DNA of 64,000 nt from Candidatus Nomurabacteria bacterium (GCA_026395915.1 JAPLXU010000013.1:16428-80427); one strand, 5' to 3'. Shown: positions 41,941 to 53,468, numbered from the stretch's first letter. The notes: a model not told the origin generated them from the letters alone. Program-made: numbers and translations.

Positions 41941-44900
41941 ATGAAAACTTTAAACACAACTGAATTTGATTCCATCGGATTGCGTCTCGCTTCGCCAGAG
42001 CAGATACAGGAATGGTCTTTTGGAGAAGTGACCAAACCGGAAACCATAAATTATCGCACGGGAAGGAGCGAACGTGGAGGTCTCTTTGACGAAAAAATAT
42101 TCGGGCCGGAAAAAGACTACGAATGTTACTGTGGAAAGTATCGCCGAATTCGTTACAAGGATATTATTTGCGAAAAATGCGGAGTGGAAGTTACGCGTTC
42201 GATTGTTCGTCGTGAACGCATGGGACATATCGAGCTTTCTACACCGGTATCGCATATTTGGTTCTTGCGTGGAGTGCCTTCTCGCATGAGCATCTTGCTC
42301 AATATCTCCGTGATTGATCTTGAAAAGGTTATTTATTTTGCCGGCTATATAATCACCAAAGTTCATGAGGAAGAAAAACAGTCAATAATCACAGGCTTGG
42401 ACAAAGAATATAAAGCCAAGCTAAAAAATGCGGCTGATGATGACATCAAAGAGAAGCTGAAAAATTTGCTTTCCGTCACCAAAAAAGAAATTGGAGAAAT
42501 CTACGAAGGAAAAGTTTTGAATGAAATTTCTTTCCATCATTATTCTCTGAAATACGGAACTTGTTTTGAAGCGAATATCGGCGCCGAAGCTATTTACTCA
42601 ATTTTCAAAAATCTTGACTTGAATAAATTAAAAGCTCACACCGAAAAAATGTTGGAGAAGGCGAGCGCTGCGGAAAAAGACAAATTACAGAAGAGGCTTT
42701 CTCTCATTCGCGCTATGACTTATGCTGGGATCAGACCGGAATGGATGTTCCTTACGATTATTCCTGTCATTCCTCCAGTTTTGCGTCCGATGGTGGCTCT
42801 CGATGGAGGCAGACATGCTACTTCTGATTTGAACGATCTTTACCGCAGAGTTATAAACAGAAATAATCGTTTGAAAAAATTAAAAGAGATCAACGCGCCG
42901 GACGTAATCTTGCGAAATGAAAAAAGAATCATCCAAGAAGCTGTCGACGCTTTGATTGATAACTCAATCGCGAAACAAAATGATTCTGCGGCGATGAGTC
43001 AATCTCAGAAACGCCCACTAAAATCTCTTTCGGACAATTTGAAATCTAAACAAGGTCTTTTTCGCCAAAATTTGCTCGGAAAAAGAGTAGACTATTCTGG
43101 ACGTTCGGTTATTGTTGTTGGTCCCGAACTCAAACTCAATCAATGCGGTTTGCCGAAGCATATGGCGCTCGAACTTTTCCGACCATTCGTGATTTCAAAA
43201 ATCTTGCAGGCGGAATTGGCGTTTAACATTCGCGGGGCAAATAAGCTCATCGAAGAACGCACCCCCGAAGTTTGGGCGATGCTCGAAGAAGTTATTGCGG
43301 GAAAGTATGTGCTTTTAAACCGCGCGCCGACCTTGCACAGATTGGGTATTCAAGCTTTTAATCCAATTCTGATTGAAGGAAATGCTATTCAAGTGCATCC
43401 TCTTGTTTGTCAGGCTTTTAACGCTGATTTCGATGGAGACCAAATGGCTGTCTATGTTCCTCTTCTCGAAGAAGCGCAGTCTGAAGCGAAAGAATTAATG
43501 GCTGCGAATAAAAATCTGCTCAAACCTCAAAACGGAGAGCCGATCGTAAACCCTCGCATGGACATGGTGCTCGGAAGCTATTGGATGACAAAATCAATGG
43601 AAGGAGAAAAAGGGGAGGGAAAATATTTTTCGCGACCTAATGTGGCTATTAGCGCCTATGAATATGGGATCACTTCTTTGCGCGCGAAAGTAAAAGTCTT
43701 AGCGGATACAGCTAAAGTAAAATACAAGAAATTTGATGGGGGAATTTTTGAAACTTCTGCCGGCAAACTTCTCTTTAATAGTATTTTGCCAGACGATTTT
43801 CCTTACGTGGGCGATGAAATGACTCAGGACAGACTGATTGCGCTTCTCGATGAACTCATAGTGCATTACGGCGTGGACGCTACTCCTAAAATCTTGGACA
43901 AGATAAAGGCGTTTGGTTTCAAATATTCGACAGTTTCTGGCACCACTTGGGGACTCGATAATGTTTCTGTGTCTCTCGACAAGCCAAAAATTATTGCGCA
44001 AGGTAAAAAATTGGAAGAAGAAATTATCTCTCAATGGAGGGAAGGTCTTTTGTCTGAAGAAGAGAAGTATCAAAAAATTATTGAAATTTGGACTCACACA
44101 AAAAAGGATTTGGAAAAAATTCTACCAAAAACATTGGATAAAAAAAGTTCCACTTACGATCTTTTCACTTCGAAAGCTAGAGGCACGATGTCTAGCTTGA
44201 TGCAAATGACAGGCATGATCGGACTTATCCAGAACAACCAAGGCAAGACTTTGGAGTTCCCGATTATTCCTTGTTATCAAGAAGGACTTTCTCCGATCGA
44301 GTATTTCGTCATCACACACGGAGCTCGTAAAGGTGCTTCTGATACCGCGCTCAATACCGCAAAAGCCGGATATTTGACGCGAAGACTGGTTGACGTTGCG
44401 CAGGATGTTGTCATTACGGAAATAGATTGTGGTACAAAAGAAGGAAGAATGGTCAGAAGCGAAGATATTTCCGGAATAAAAATTCCACTTTCAAAAAATA
44501 TTCGTGGACGAGTTTTGGCAGCCGATCTAAAAGACAAGGACGGCAAAGTGGTTTACAAAAAAGGATTTTTGGTCACCAAAGAAGAAGCTTACAATATCGA
44601 AGGCGCTGGTTTCACAGAAGTTTTTGTCCGTTCTCCACTAACCTGTGAGACTATTCACGGCCTCTGCGTCAATTGTTACGGACTTGATTTGGGACGCAAT
44701 CATCTTGTCGAGCTCGGTGAAGCAGTCGGTATCATTGCCGCTCAAGCTATCGGCGAACCGGGTACTCAGCTTACTCTTCGCACGTTCCATGCTGGAGGCG
44801 TGGCGGGAACTGATATCACGACTGGTTTGCCTCGCGTTGAAGAAATATTTGAAAGAAGAGTTCCCAAAAATCCTGCTATTATTTCTGAGACAGACGGAGA

Positions 44901-45579
44901 AGTTGTTGAGATAAAAGTCAAAGATGAGAAAGAGAAAATCATCAAAGTATTGTCCGATATTAAAGCCGACGGGAAAGGGGGTGATAAGAAAAATGAAATG
45001 GAATATATTGTGGCTTTTCATCGAACGCCGACAGTTAAAGTTGGCGACCACGTGAAAGCGGGCGACCTTTTGACTGACGGATCGGCTGATATTGCTGAGA
45101 TCTTCAAATTCGGTGGCAAGGAATTGGTTGAAAGATATATCATTCGAGAAATAAATAAAGTTTACGAATTGCAGAGCGCTTCGATTAGCAGAAAGCACAC
45201 GGAAATAATCATCCGCCAGATGTTCTCACGTCGAAAAATAAAAGATGCGGGTATCACCAATTTTTCGATTGGTGATATTGTTGAGAATACTGCATTTATA
45301 GAGGAAAATCAAAGAGTTGCTGGGTTAGATAAAAAAATAACTGAAGATGAAATTGGAGGACAGGCAAAAGCAGAAACAGTTGTACTCGGCATTACCGAAG
45401 TCTCGCTTCGTACAAAGAGCTGGCTCTCTGCCGCTTCGTTCCAAAACACAAATCGTGTTCTTATTGAAAACGCAATAAAAGGGGGAGTAGACGACCTACG
45501 AGGATTGAAAGAAAATGTCATAATCGGGCGACTCATTCCGGCCGGAACTGGGTTTAAAAATAAGATAAAGGCTGAATAA
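41941..45579 (+). CDS. rpoC: DNA-directed RNA polymerase subunit beta'
   Basis: Zn-binding CxxC..CxxC, NADFDGD catalytic motif, trigger loop, C-terminal domains. Start placed at ATG 41941 (the listed ORF 41920 start overlaps the upstream gene). Confidence 0.95.
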   Translation: MKTLNTTEFDSIGLRLASPEQIQEWSFGEVTKPETINYRTGRSERGGLFDEKIFGPEKDYECYCGKYRRIRYKDIICEKCGVEVTRSIVRRERMGHIELSTPVSHIWFLRGVPSRMSILLNISVIDLEKVIYFAGYIITKVHEEEKQSIITGLDKEYKAKLKNAADDDIKEKLKNLLSVTKKEIGEIYEGKVLNEISFHHYSLKYGTCFEANIGAEAIYSIFKNLDLNKLKAHTEKMLEKASAAEKDKLQKRLSLIRAMTYAGIRPEWMFLTIIPVIPPVLRPMVALDGGRHATSDLNDLYRRVINRNNRLKKLKEINAPDVILRNEKRIIQEAVDALIDNSIAKQNDSAAMSQSQKRPLKSLSDNLKSKQGLFRQNLLGKRVDYSGRSVIVVGPELKLNQCGLPKHMALELFRPFVISKILQAELAFNIRGANKLIEERTPEVWAMLEEVIAGKYVLLNRAPTLHRLGIQAFNPILIEGNAIQVHPLVCQAFNADFDGDQMAVYVPLLEEAQSEAKELMAANKNLLKPQNGEPIVNPRMDMVLGSYWMTKSMEGEKGEGKYFSRPNVAISAYEYGITSLRAKVKVLADTAKVKYKKFDGGIFETSAGKLLFNSILPDDFPYVGDEMTQDRLIALLDELIVHYGVDATPKILDKIKAFGFKYSTVSGTTWGLDNVSVSLDKPKIIAQGKKLEEEIISQWREGLLSEEEKYQKIIEIWTHTKKDLEKILPKTLDKKSSTYDLFTSKARGTMSSLMQMTGMIGLIQNNQGKTLEFPIIPCYQEGLSPIEYFVITHGARKGASDTALNTAKAGYLTRRLVDVAQDVVITEIDCGTKEGRMVRSEDISGIKIPLSKNIRGRVLAADLKDKDGKVVYKKGFLVTKEEAYNIEGAGFTEVFVRSPLTCETIHGLCVNCYGLDLGRNHLVELGEAVGIIAAQAIGEPGTQLTLRTFHAGGVAGTDITTGLPRVEEIFERRVPKNPAIISETDGEVVEIKVKDEKEKIIKVLSDIKADGKGGDKKNEMEYIVAFHRTPTVKVGDHVKAGDLLTDGSADIAEIFKFGGKELVERYIIREINKVYELQSASISRKHTEIIIRQMFSRRKIKDAGITNFSIGDIVENTAFIEENQRVAGLDKKITEDEIGGQAKAETVVLGITEVSLRTKSWLSAASFQNTNRVLIENAIKGGVDDLRGLKENVIIGRLIPAGTGFKNKIKAE

Positions 45580-45614
45580 ATTTATCAAGGTGAGTCCTTG
45601 ATAAAGTAAAAGTA

Positions 45615-46127
45615 GTGGTGAAGGTTGAAAAGGGGAAATGGATATTTATGCAAAAAGATTTTGATAAATGGAACACAGAGAAAAAAGCTGTAGATGCAAA
45701 AGTTGTAAATACAGAACTTTTCTTTCATGCTCGGGAAATTTGGTGGTGTAGCGCAGGATTAAATGTTGGAGTAGAAGCAGATGGAAAACACGAAAACTTT
45801 GAAAGGCCGATGCTAATTGTAAAAAAGTTTAATGCGGATATGGTATGGGCGCTTCCACTTACTACGCAAGGAAGAAAAAATAAGTATTATTATAAGTTGA
45901 ATCACGAAGAAGTAAAATCGTGGGTTGTTCTGTCACAAATAAAAACAATAAGCACAAAAAGATTTTTGCGAAAGGTAGGATCTATTTCTGAGTCAGATTT
46001 CAAGGAAGTAATTTTGAGGTTGCAAAAGTTGCTAAAAATCGAAAACCCCCTTACGGGGGCTTTCTCGGAGGCCGAAGCCACTAATACAAGAAGTATAAAC
46101 GGCAATCAAAACAAAGTCAAGCGATAG
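45615..46127 (+). CDS. PemK/MazF-family protein, paralog 2 (orphan). The C-terminal 30 aa are probably read-through into a GC-hairpin repeat
   Basis: REIWWCSAGLNVGVEADGKHENFERPMLIVKKFNADMVWALPLTT...WVVLSQIKTISTKRFL is paralogous to 11092-11484. Homology ends near ..ILRLQKLL, after which the ORF runs through repeat copy 46041-46071. Confidence 0.55.
   Translation: MVKVEKGKWIFMQKDFDKWNTEKKAVDAKVVNTELFFHAREIWWCSAGLNVGVEADGKHENFERPMLIVKKFNADMVWALPLTTQGRKNKYYYKLNHEEVKSWVVLSQIKTISTKRFLRKVGSISESDFKEVILRLQKLLKIENPLTGAFSEAEATNTRSINGNQNKVKR
46041..46071. repeat. GC-rich hairpin repeat copy (ccccc-ttac-ggggg + tttctcggagg)
   Basis: cgaaaacccccttacgggggctttctcggag, inside the 3' end of the MazF-like ORF. 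Confidence 0.5.
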
Positions 46128-46128
46128 A

Positions 46129-46176
46129 CGAAACCCCCTTTCGGGGGTTTCTCGGGGTCTCCGACAAGGGAGACAT
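46129..46176. repeat. GC-rich hairpin repeat copy plus adjacent hairpin
   Basis: cgaaaccccctttcgggggtttctcggggtc followed by gtctcc-gacaag-ggagac. Confidence 0.5.
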
Positions 46177-46269
46177 TTACAACGTAAGTATATCAAATAC
46201 AAAAGACATGTCAAGTAAAAAATCAACCTTAATTTACAAGCTTATTATTAAAAATTTAACCAAAATAAT

Positions 46270-47889
46270 ATGAACAAAAAAATTATTTGGAGGGTTATCG
46301 TAGCGATTGTCATAATCGCAGGGGGCTTCGCGTATAATTATCTATCAAAACCAAAACCAGTGTGTTGGCCTTATTGTCCTGGAATGACGGATCAAGATCG
46401 TGAAGCAATCAAAAAATCTGCGCTTGAAGCCGAAACTGCGAATTGGAAAACGTACACAAATACTAAATATGGATTTGAAGTAAAGTATCCAGTAGATTGG
46501 AGAACTGAAGAGACAAAAACACGTTATGGTTCTACTATTTTCTCTCTAGCTCTAGTATCTCCAGAAACTGATGATTTTATCAAAAAAGTTCCTGGCACTG
46601 ATGCAAGTACATTTGACGTTGATTTTATGATATATCCATTAAATTACAGATCTAATGGTGTTCGTAGTCAGGTTGTGTTTAATGGAATTAATGCAGAAAA
46701 AGTTGTATCTGAATCTGAGCTGGGTACTCATAGTATTATCTATTTGGATGGAAAAAATTATACGTATGGGATATATAATATTAGTCCAAGAAACATTGAG
46801 GAGAATGATCAAATTCTCTCTACTTTCAAATTCATTGAGCCAACGACACAAATTGATACTTCGAATTGGAAAACGTATACAAATGAAAAATATGGTTTTT
46901 CATTATCATATCCAACCGACTTTGAAAATGTGAATGATTTAACTGCCACACAACAAAATTCTCTTTTGACGTATATGGCAGTATGTCTTGTTGGTAATAA
47001 TAATTCACGGATACGGCCAGATCAAAGTGGTTTCTGTTATGTAGGAAAACAAACGTCAGATGGGTTTACAATGGCTTCTTTGAACATAACTCCTAGTGTA
47101 TCGAAAAGTGCGCAAGAATGTAATAATACATCTGCTCAAATTAAGCAAACGACACTTAATGGTATTATCTTTGATCAATCCCATCTCGACGACGCTGGTT
47201 TAGGTCACTATGTATCAACAGATTCTTATAGGACATATCACCAGGGAATATGTTATACGATAGATCTAAACATTGAGTCGAATATAGGTAAATTAGAAAA
47301 GGGACTTAGCGTTGATTTTGCTTCTTTGATACATTCTAAATTAGAATCGATTCTTTCCACTTTCAAATTCATTCCAACCGCAAATATTTCCTCAAATGAT
47401 TCTTTGTTAAAAGCTGGAACAGATGTTTTGACTGCATTAAGAGATGATAATTATCAAAAACTAGAGGAACTTACGAGCTCAAGTGGTTTATCTTGGAATG
47501 AATATCCGCAACTTGATTTTACGAAAAATGATATTTCTAAAGATAGCATATCGGATATATCAACAGACAATAAAACTTATATGTTCGGTTACACAGATGG
47601 AAAAGGTGATCCTATCGTTTTAACAAAAAAAGACTATATAAAAGAATATCTTTATAATTACGACTACTTGTATGCTGAAAAGGTTGCTGTAAATAAAACA
47701 TTAGGTAGTGGAAACAGTGTTAATTCTATTATTAAGGATTCTGGAAATAGAACTGTCGTAGCTTACTATTTTTCTGGGTTTGATGCAAAATATGGTGGTA
47801 TGGATTGGACAACTTTGTATTTAGTTTTTGACAAGGAAAATGGTGTGTATAAGCTTTGTGGAATTGCAAAAGACAATTGGACAATTTAG
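46270..47889 (+). CDS. Membrane-anchored secreted repeat protein (WKTYTNxKYGF..KYP modules), paralog A
   Basis: N-terminal TM (IIWRVIVAIVIIAGGF). Two modules starting (T/D)(A/T)(S/N)NWKTYTN(T/E)KYGF(E/S)(V/L)(K/S)YP and ending ILSTFKFI(E/P)PT. 539 aa. Confidence 0.65.
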   Translation: MNKKIIWRVIVAIVIIAGGFAYNYLSKPKPVCWPYCPGMTDQDREAIKKSALEAETANWKTYTNTKYGFEVKYPVDWRTEETKTRYGSTIFSLALVSPETDDFIKKVPGTDASTFDVDFMIYPLNYRSNGVRSQVVFNGINAEKVVSESELGTHSIIYLDGKNYTYGIYNISPRNIEENDQILSTFKFIEPTTQIDTSNWKTYTNEKYGFSLSYPTDFENVNDLTATQQNSLLTYMAVCLVGNNNSRIRPDQSGFCYVGKQTSDGFTMASLNITPSVSKSAQECNNTSAQIKQTTLNGIIFDQSHLDDAGLGHYVSTDSYRTYHQGICYTIDLNIESNIGKLEKGLSVDFASLIHSKLESILSTFKFIPTANISSNDSLLKAGTDVLTALRDDNYQKLEELTSSSGLSWNEYPQLDFTKNDISKDSISDISTDNKTYMFGYTDGKGDPIVLTKKDYIKEYLYNYDYLYAEKVAVNKTLGSGNSVNSIIKDSGNRTVVAYYFSGFDAKYGGMDWTTLYLVFDKENGVYKLCGIAKDNWTI

Positions 47890-47907
47890 TGTGAATTAAA
47901 AAAACAT

Positions 47908-49275
47908 ATGAAGATTAATATAAAATTTATAGCATCGGTGATATTAATTGCGCTTTTTGCTGCCGGATTTTATTTTGTTGTATCACAGAAAAAGGTGCCA
48001 ATTACTTCTGCAACAGATGATTGGAAAACATACACAAATGAAAAGTACGGATTCGAGTTTAAATATCCAGCTTCAAAATATACGGTATTAGGATATGAAC
48101 TTAGTAGTCGGTATTATAAAGATGAATATGAAGTTGGTGTATATCCCATTGAAGAATATGGAGAATATTCAGGTACTGGACTCGGTATCTCTATAAGGAA
48201 TTTAGGAAAAACTCCAGTCAAATTAGAAGAGCTTATCAATTATCGTCCTCTTGGTATAGACAATACTCACAATACTAAAAAAATATTGGTGGGAGGCCAG
48301 GAGGCTGTTCGAGTTGATCATGATCTTATTCAGATTTCTGGATATGACGGTCAGCAATCAATTTTTCAGTCTTATGTTTATTTTATTAAAAATAACTTGC
48401 TTTATACTATAAATATAGAAAAAGATTCAGTCGACTTAGAAAAAAATATTTCTTTAGAAGAAATTCTTTCTTCTTTTGAATTTACTGATCCAACGACTGA
48501 CGTTTCAAATTGGAAAACATATAGCGGATATGGAATTTCTTTTAAATACCCTAGCTCTATGGGTGAGCCGAAGATCACGCAGTTAAGTACCATGACGTCA
48601 TTTAGTTTTAGTAATAGTGTAGAATTTGATATAGGTGTTTATTATGATCAAAATTTTGGTAGAAATAAAACATTTGACGAAGTTGTAAATAAGGCAAAAA
48701 ATAATCCGGAAGTTGTCTATCGTGGAGAAAAAGATATTACTGTGGGTAATAAAACTGGTGTAGAGCTTTTTCTGTTAGATAAAGTCTCTGGCGGTGAATC
48801 GGTAGAAATTTATGTTCCAAACATAGATAAGCATGGAAATATGTTATCTGGTTCTGAATATAACAGGGCGGTGGCTAATGTTGGTGGTGCTGATCTTCTG
48901 TCAATCATGAAAACTTTAGAATTTACTGAACCAGCAACACAAATTGACACTTCAAATTGGAAAACATATAAAAATGAAGACTATGGGATAGAGTTTAAAT
49001 ATCTTAGTACTTATAGCATATTAGATAGAAGTTATATAACTCCAGGAGGAGGTGTTTTTCCATCAGTAGCGATTGTTCCTCCAACTGATCAAGAAAATGA
49101 TCTAATAATTATTGGTTCTAGAACTTTAGTAAGTACGGCACCTGCAATTTCTTGTAATTCTACATTTACAAGGTGTAAAGAATTTGGGTCAAATATTGTA
49201 TATACTAAAGCTCAAAATAGTAACATTCAGGTTCTGTTTGATAACTTTATTGATACCGTAAAATTCACCAAATAA
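47908..49275 (+). CDS. Membrane-anchored secreted repeat protein, paralog B
   Basis: N-terminal TM. Three modules: DDWKTYTNEKYGFEFKYP, SNWKTYSGYGISFKYP, SNWKTYKNEDYGIEFKYL. Ends LSSFEFTDPT / MKTLEFTEPAT. 455 aa. Confidence 0.65.
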   Translation: MKINIKFIASVILIALFAAGFYFVVSQKKVPITSATDDWKTYTNEKYGFEFKYPASKYTVLGYELSSRYYKDEYEVGVYPIEEYGEYSGTGLGISIRNLGKTPVKLEELINYRPLGIDNTHNTKKILVGGQEAVRVDHDLIQISGYDGQQSIFQSYVYFIKNNLLYTINIEKDSVDLEKNISLEEILSSFEFTDPTTDVSNWKTYSGYGISFKYPSSMGEPKITQLSTMTSFSFSNSVEFDIGVYYDQNFGRNKTFDEVVNKAKNNPEVVYRGEKDITVGNKTGVELFLLDKVSGGESVEIYVPNIDKHGNMLSGSEYNRAVANVGGADLLSIMKTLEFTEPATQIDTSNWKTYKNEDYGIEFKYLSTYSILDRSYITPGGGVFPSVAIVPPTDQENDLIIIGSRTLVSTAPAISCNSTFTRCKEFGSNIVYTKAQNSNIQVLFDNFIDTVKFTK

Positions 49276-49280
49276 AACAT

Positions 49281-51026
49281 ATGTCTTCATCAGTCGATCA
49301 AATTAAATCACGAATAGATATCCTCTCGCTCGTTTCATCTTACATGAAGCTAGACAGGGCGGGAGCTAGTTGGAAAGGCAAGTGTCCATTTCATAACGAA
49401 AAGACACCTTCTTTTTTTGTGTCGCCAGATCGAGGAAGTTATTATTGTTTTGGTTGTGGAGCCTCTGGGGACATTTTTACTTTTGTGGAAGAATTCGAAG
49501 GGCTTGATTTCAAAGGCGCGCTTAAACTTTTGGCAGATAGGGCTGGAGTCACCCTCGAGGTTTACAGCAAGAACGACAAAGATGAAAAAGAAACAAAAAG
49601 CGAGAAAGAAAAACTCTACGAAATAATGGAAGAAGCCACAAAGTTTTTTGAGAAAAATCTGAAAGAAAATACAAAAGAAAGTGAAGAGGCTCGAGCGTAT
49701 TTGAAGTCGCGCGGTTTGACGGATAAAACTATCCAAGATTTCAGAATCGGTTTTGCAATTTTGGATTGGCGCAAACTTTATGATTACCTGAAAGGTAAAG
49801 GTTTTGTTGATAAAGAAATAGAGCTTGCTGGATTAGCAAAGAGACCAGAAGATGTAAAAAAGGCCATGTATGATCGTTTTCGTGGGCGAGTGATGTTTCC
49901 AATAAGCGATTCGAGCGGGCGTATTATTGCTTTCTCAGGTAGGATTTTAGTTGACGACGGCAAGTCCGCAAAATATCTAAACAGCCCAGAGACCCCTATA
50001 TTCAATAAATCTTCCGTGCTCTTTGGTATAGACAAAGCGAAAGATTCTATTCGCAAAAATAATTTTTCCATTTTAGTCGAAGGCCAGATGGACTTGGTGT
50101 TGTCCCATCAAGCTGGTTTCAAAAACACAGTTGCGTCTTCCGGTACAGCGATGACAGACAAGACAGTGTCCAAAGAAAATATTATAAACAACCTCGGGCT
50201 TGTTTATAGGTTGTCAAAAAATATTGTTCTAGCGTATGATGCCGACAAGGCCGGAGTGAACGCTTCAAATCGTTTTGCAAAAATTGCGCTGTCTCTCGGC
50301 ATGGATGTAAAAGTTGCTAGCATGAAAGAAGGAGTGGATCCCGCGGATGTTATTTCAAAAGAGGGGAGAGACGCTTGGCATGAGGTGATAAGAAATTCAA
50401 AACATTTTATTCCATTTATGCTGGAGAGAATTTTGAAAGATGCTTCCGGCGACGAGAGAAAAGCAGGCAGAGGAATCAGGGAACGCCTTTTGCCTTTTGT
50501 GAATGACTTGGAAAGTTCTATAGAAAAATCTCATTTTATAAGGCTTATTAGCGACAAATCGGGCATTGCTGAAGATGCTTTGATTGAAGATTTGAAAAAG
50601 GTCGAGTCTGAATTAAAATATGAAAAAGAAGAAACAGAAATTGCGAAAGCCAATGTCGAGAAAAAATTTAGAAAAGATCCCATCGAGCGCAGGCTCCTTG
50701 GTATAGCCTTTTGGCAAGAAGGCGTTAAAGATAAAATTATTGAACCGGAATTGATTTTTAATAAACTAAGCAAAGTAAAAGACGCTTACAAAGATATCAG
50801 AGAAGATTTGATTTACGAAGCGGAGGAATTTTATTTAAATAGTGAAAATTTACAAAAAGATGTGCAGGAAATGTTATTATCCATAGAAGAAGAATATCTT
50901 AATGAAGAACTTGTTAAAATGATGGTAGAATTTAAAAATCTTAAAGACAAATCAAAAGAGGTGGAAATTCTGAAGAAGATAAATGAAATAAATAAAAGGA
51001 AAGAAGAAATTAAAAATAGTCGTTAG
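49281..51026 (+). CDS. dnaG: DNA primase
   Basis: Zn-binding CPFHNEKTPSF...CFGCGASGD. TOPRIM (SILVEGQMDLV..YDADKAG). Confidence 0.9.
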   Translation: MSSSVDQIKSRIDILSLVSSYMKLDRAGASWKGKCPFHNEKTPSFFVSPDRGSYYCFGCGASGDIFTFVEEFEGLDFKGALKLLADRAGVTLEVYSKNDKDEKETKSEKEKLYEIMEEATKFFEKNLKENTKESEEARAYLKSRGLTDKTIQDFRIGFAILDWRKLYDYLKGKGFVDKEIELAGLAKRPEDVKKAMYDRFRGRVMFPISDSSGRIIAFSGRILVDDGKSAKYLNSPETPIFNKSSVLFGIDKAKDSIRKNNFSILVEGQMDLVLSHQAGFKNTVASSGTAMTDKTVSKENIINNLGLVYRLSKNIVLAYDADKAGVNASNRFAKIALSLGMDVKVASMKEGVDPADVISKEGRDAWHEVIRNSKHFIPFMLERILKDASGDERKAGRGIRERLLPFVNDLESSIEKSHFIRLISDKSGIAEDALIEDLKKVESELKYEKEETEIAKANVEKKFRKDPIERRLLGIAFWQEGVKDKIIEPELIFNKLSKVKDAYKDIREDLIYEAEEFYLNSENLQKDVQEMLLSIEEEYLNEELVKMMVEFKNLKDKSKEVEILKKINEINKRKEEIKNSR

Positions 51027-51039
51027 AAAATAAAAAATT

Positions 51040-52218
51040 ATGAAAAAGAAAAAAATCACAAAAAAAATAAAAAACAAAAAGCTTAAAACAAAGAAGACTA
51101 AAAAAAGAAAAATTTTAAGAAAAAAAGTCGCGAAATCTTCTTATCTCGAAAAGAAGGCAGATAATTTGGCTCGCATCTCGAACGAACTCATAGAAAAAGG
51201 ACGCAAGAGAGGATTTATTACTTATGATGAGATACTGAAAACTTTCCCCGATATTGAAAATAACATTTTGTTCTTAGACGAGCTTTATGAAAAGTTTGCG
51301 ATTGCTGGTATCGACGTGCTTGAGGGGGGGAATTTGCTTAATCTCAATGTTGACTTGACCGATAAAGATTTGAACAAGTCTACGATGCATGACTCTATTC
51401 AGATGTATTTGAAAGAGATAGGACAATATCCGCTCATTCATGCAGGCGACGAAAAAGATTTGGCCAAGCGCATCGAACAGGGTGACCTCGAAGCGAAGAA
51501 TCTTCTTGCTCGAGCAAACTTGCGTCTTGTGGTTTCGATTGCTAAAAAATACGTCGGCAGGTCTGCCAATCTTACGCTTCTCGATTTAATTCAGGAAGGC
51601 AATTTGGGTCTATTTAAAGCAGTTGAAAAATTTGATTGGACGAAAGGATATAAATTCTCCACTTATGCGACTTGGTGGATCCGCCAGTCTATCACTCGCG
51701 CTTTGGCTGACCAATCTCGTACTATCCGCATACCTGTCCACATGGTGGAGACGATTTCTAAATATAAACAGACGCACAGAAGGTTATCGCAAGACTTGGG
51801 ACGAGAACCGCTTGCTGAAGAGATTGCCACAGAAATGGGTATTCCGGTGGATAAAATCCATGTCATTGAAAACATCAGTCAGGAGACAGTCTCTCTTGAA
51901 CAGCCGGTTGGAGATGACGATGATAAGTCAACGCTGGAGAATTTTATTCCCGATGATAAAATTTTGCGTCCAGACCAAGAATCTTCTCGCAGAATTCTTT
52001 CTGATCAAATCCGTGAAGTGTTAGGCGAACTTAATCCAAAGGAACGCAAGATACTCGAGATGCGTTATGGACTGTTGGACGGCATTCAACATACTCTTGA
52101 AAGAGTGGGGGAAGAATTCGGTGTGACTCGCGAACGCATTCGTCAAATAGAAGCGAAAGTTCATGAAAAACTCCGCCAGCACGAAAAAATCGCAAGATTG
52201 AAGAATTACTTTGATTAA
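51040..52218 (+). CDS. rpoD: RNA polymerase sigma factor RpoD (sigma-70)
   Basis: Lys-rich N-terminus. Region 2 ([29 protein letters not shown]). Region 4 ([19 protein letters not shown]). Classic dnaG-rpoD adjacency. Confidence 0.9.
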   Translation: MKKKKITKKIKNKKLKTKKTKKRKILRKKVAKSSYLEKKADNLARISNELIEKGRKRGFITYDEILKTFPDIENNILFLDELYEKFAIAGIDVLEGGNLLNLNVDLTDKDLNKSTMHDSIQMYLKEIGQYPLIHAGDEKDLAKRIEQGDLEAKNLLARANLRLVVSIAKKYVGRSANLTLLDLIQEGNLGLFKAVEKFDWTKGYKFSTYATWWIRQSITRALADQSRTIRIPVHMVETISKYKQTHRRLSQDLGREPLAEEIATEMGIPVDKIHVIENISQETVSLEQPVGDDDDKSTLENFIPDDKILRPDQESSRRILSDQIREVLGELNPKERKILEMRYGLLDGIQHTLERVGEEFGVTRERIRQIEAKVHEKLRQHEKIARLKNYFD

Positions 52219-52219
52219 A

Positions 52220-53053
52220 TTATTTTAATTTCATTTCTTTCGCAAATAGTTTCAAATTAAGACTTGAAAAGTTTCCCTGATTTTCTCCATCTTGGTGTCC
52301 ATACAGATAGTCATGGTATTCCCAGAATTTTCCTTGATCTCCAGCGCATCTTGCTGCTTCAGCTGATTTTATAGATTCCGGACCTAGAAATGCCCAATCT
52401 CTATAAACAAATTTCACATTTCCCTTTTTTGTGTATTCGTTAACTCCAAGCATAAAAGGATTCCAGCTCGGATCTCTCTGTATCAGGGATTGTATTAAGG
52501 GTGCATCTGATTTCATCAAACCAGAAACTGCTCCGCAAAAAGGACATTGGAAGTCCTCATACAACACTAAAACAACTTTTGCTTGAGTGCTTCCAATTGA
52601 AAAGTCTGAAATTGAAATCGGATCTAAATTTATATTATTTATCGTTTTTTCATTACCAACCAAAGCTTTGTCTATCTTCTGGATGACAAGTTCTGCAGAT
52701 TCAGCACCGTCGACAGTAGCGACAACCTTACCATCTCTTAAGAGAAATCCTTTAGGTGTTCCACTTACTCCAGCATTAGTTCCTTTTGTCTTAGAATCCG
52801 CAATTGCTTGCGCATATTTTCCAGAATCAAGACAACTGCTGAATGTTGGCATAGATTTCGTTAATTCGGCTTCTTGTTTTACAGGATCAATTTTTGCGGG
52901 TATTCCACCACCTTTTAACAAAATCGCTCCGGCAATAATAATTCCGGCAATGATTATTGCTCCAGCTATTTGTTTTTGGCTATTGTTCTGATTATTATTT
53001 GGCTTGCTTTCCGCCGTATTTTCTTCTTTATTTTCTATATTGTTTTCTTCCAT
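52220..53053 (-). CDS. DsbA-family thiol:disulfide oxidoreductase, membrane anchored
   Basis: N-terminal TM (IAGAIIIAGIIIAGAILL). Thioredoxin-fold active site CPFC. Confidence 0.65.
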   Translation of the reverse strand: MEENNIENKEENTAESKPNNNQNNSQKQIAGAIIIAGIIIAGAILLKGGGIPAKIDPVKQEAELTKSMPTFSSCLDSGKYAQAIADSKTKGTNAGVSGTPKGFLLRDGKVVATVDGAESAELVIQKIDKALVGNEKTINNINLDPISISDFSIGSTQAKVVLVLYEDFQCPFCGAVSGLMKSDAPLIQSLIQRDPSWNPFMLGVNEYTKKGNVKFVYRDWAFLGPESIKSAEAARCAGDQGKFWEYHDYLYGHQDGENQGNFSSLNLKLFAKEMKLK

Positions 53054-53177
53054 GCGTTTTTATGTTAATTACTAATATTGCCATTGTAGCATTTTTTTGG
53101 AATATGGTATACTTGCTTCATTAACAAATAAAGGTCTCTCTTATTAATAACTAATGTCCCTGACGGGATAAAAACAT

Positions 53178-53468
53178 ATGTGTAAATCAATGAATGGTTG
53201 TTGCAAAGGTTATTGCGTTCCGGCTTTGATTGGCAAAATCTTGCTGATAATCGGAGGCATTAACTGGGGTTTGATTGGTGTCGGAATGTTGATGGGTAAC
53301 GATTGGAATGTCGTCAAACTGCTTCTAGGATCTTGGCCGACTGTTGAGGCGATTGTTTACATACTCGTAGGTATTGCAGCCGTGGTGAAAATTTTTGGTT
53401 GCAGATGCAAGAAGTGTGGCACATGTGCTTGTGCTCCAGCCGAAGAAGTTATGGATAAACAGATGTAA
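53178..53468 (+). CDS. DUF378-family small membrane protein with Cys-rich termini
   Basis: GGINWGLIGVGML...VYILVGIAAVVKIF core. Terminal Cys clusters CKSMNGCCKGYC and CRCKKCGTCAC. Confidence 0.5.
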   Translation: MCKSMNGCCKGYCVPALIGKILLIIGGINWGLIGVGMLMGNDWNVVKLLLGSWPTVEAIVYILVGIAAVVKIFGCRCKKCGTCACAPAEEVMDKQM

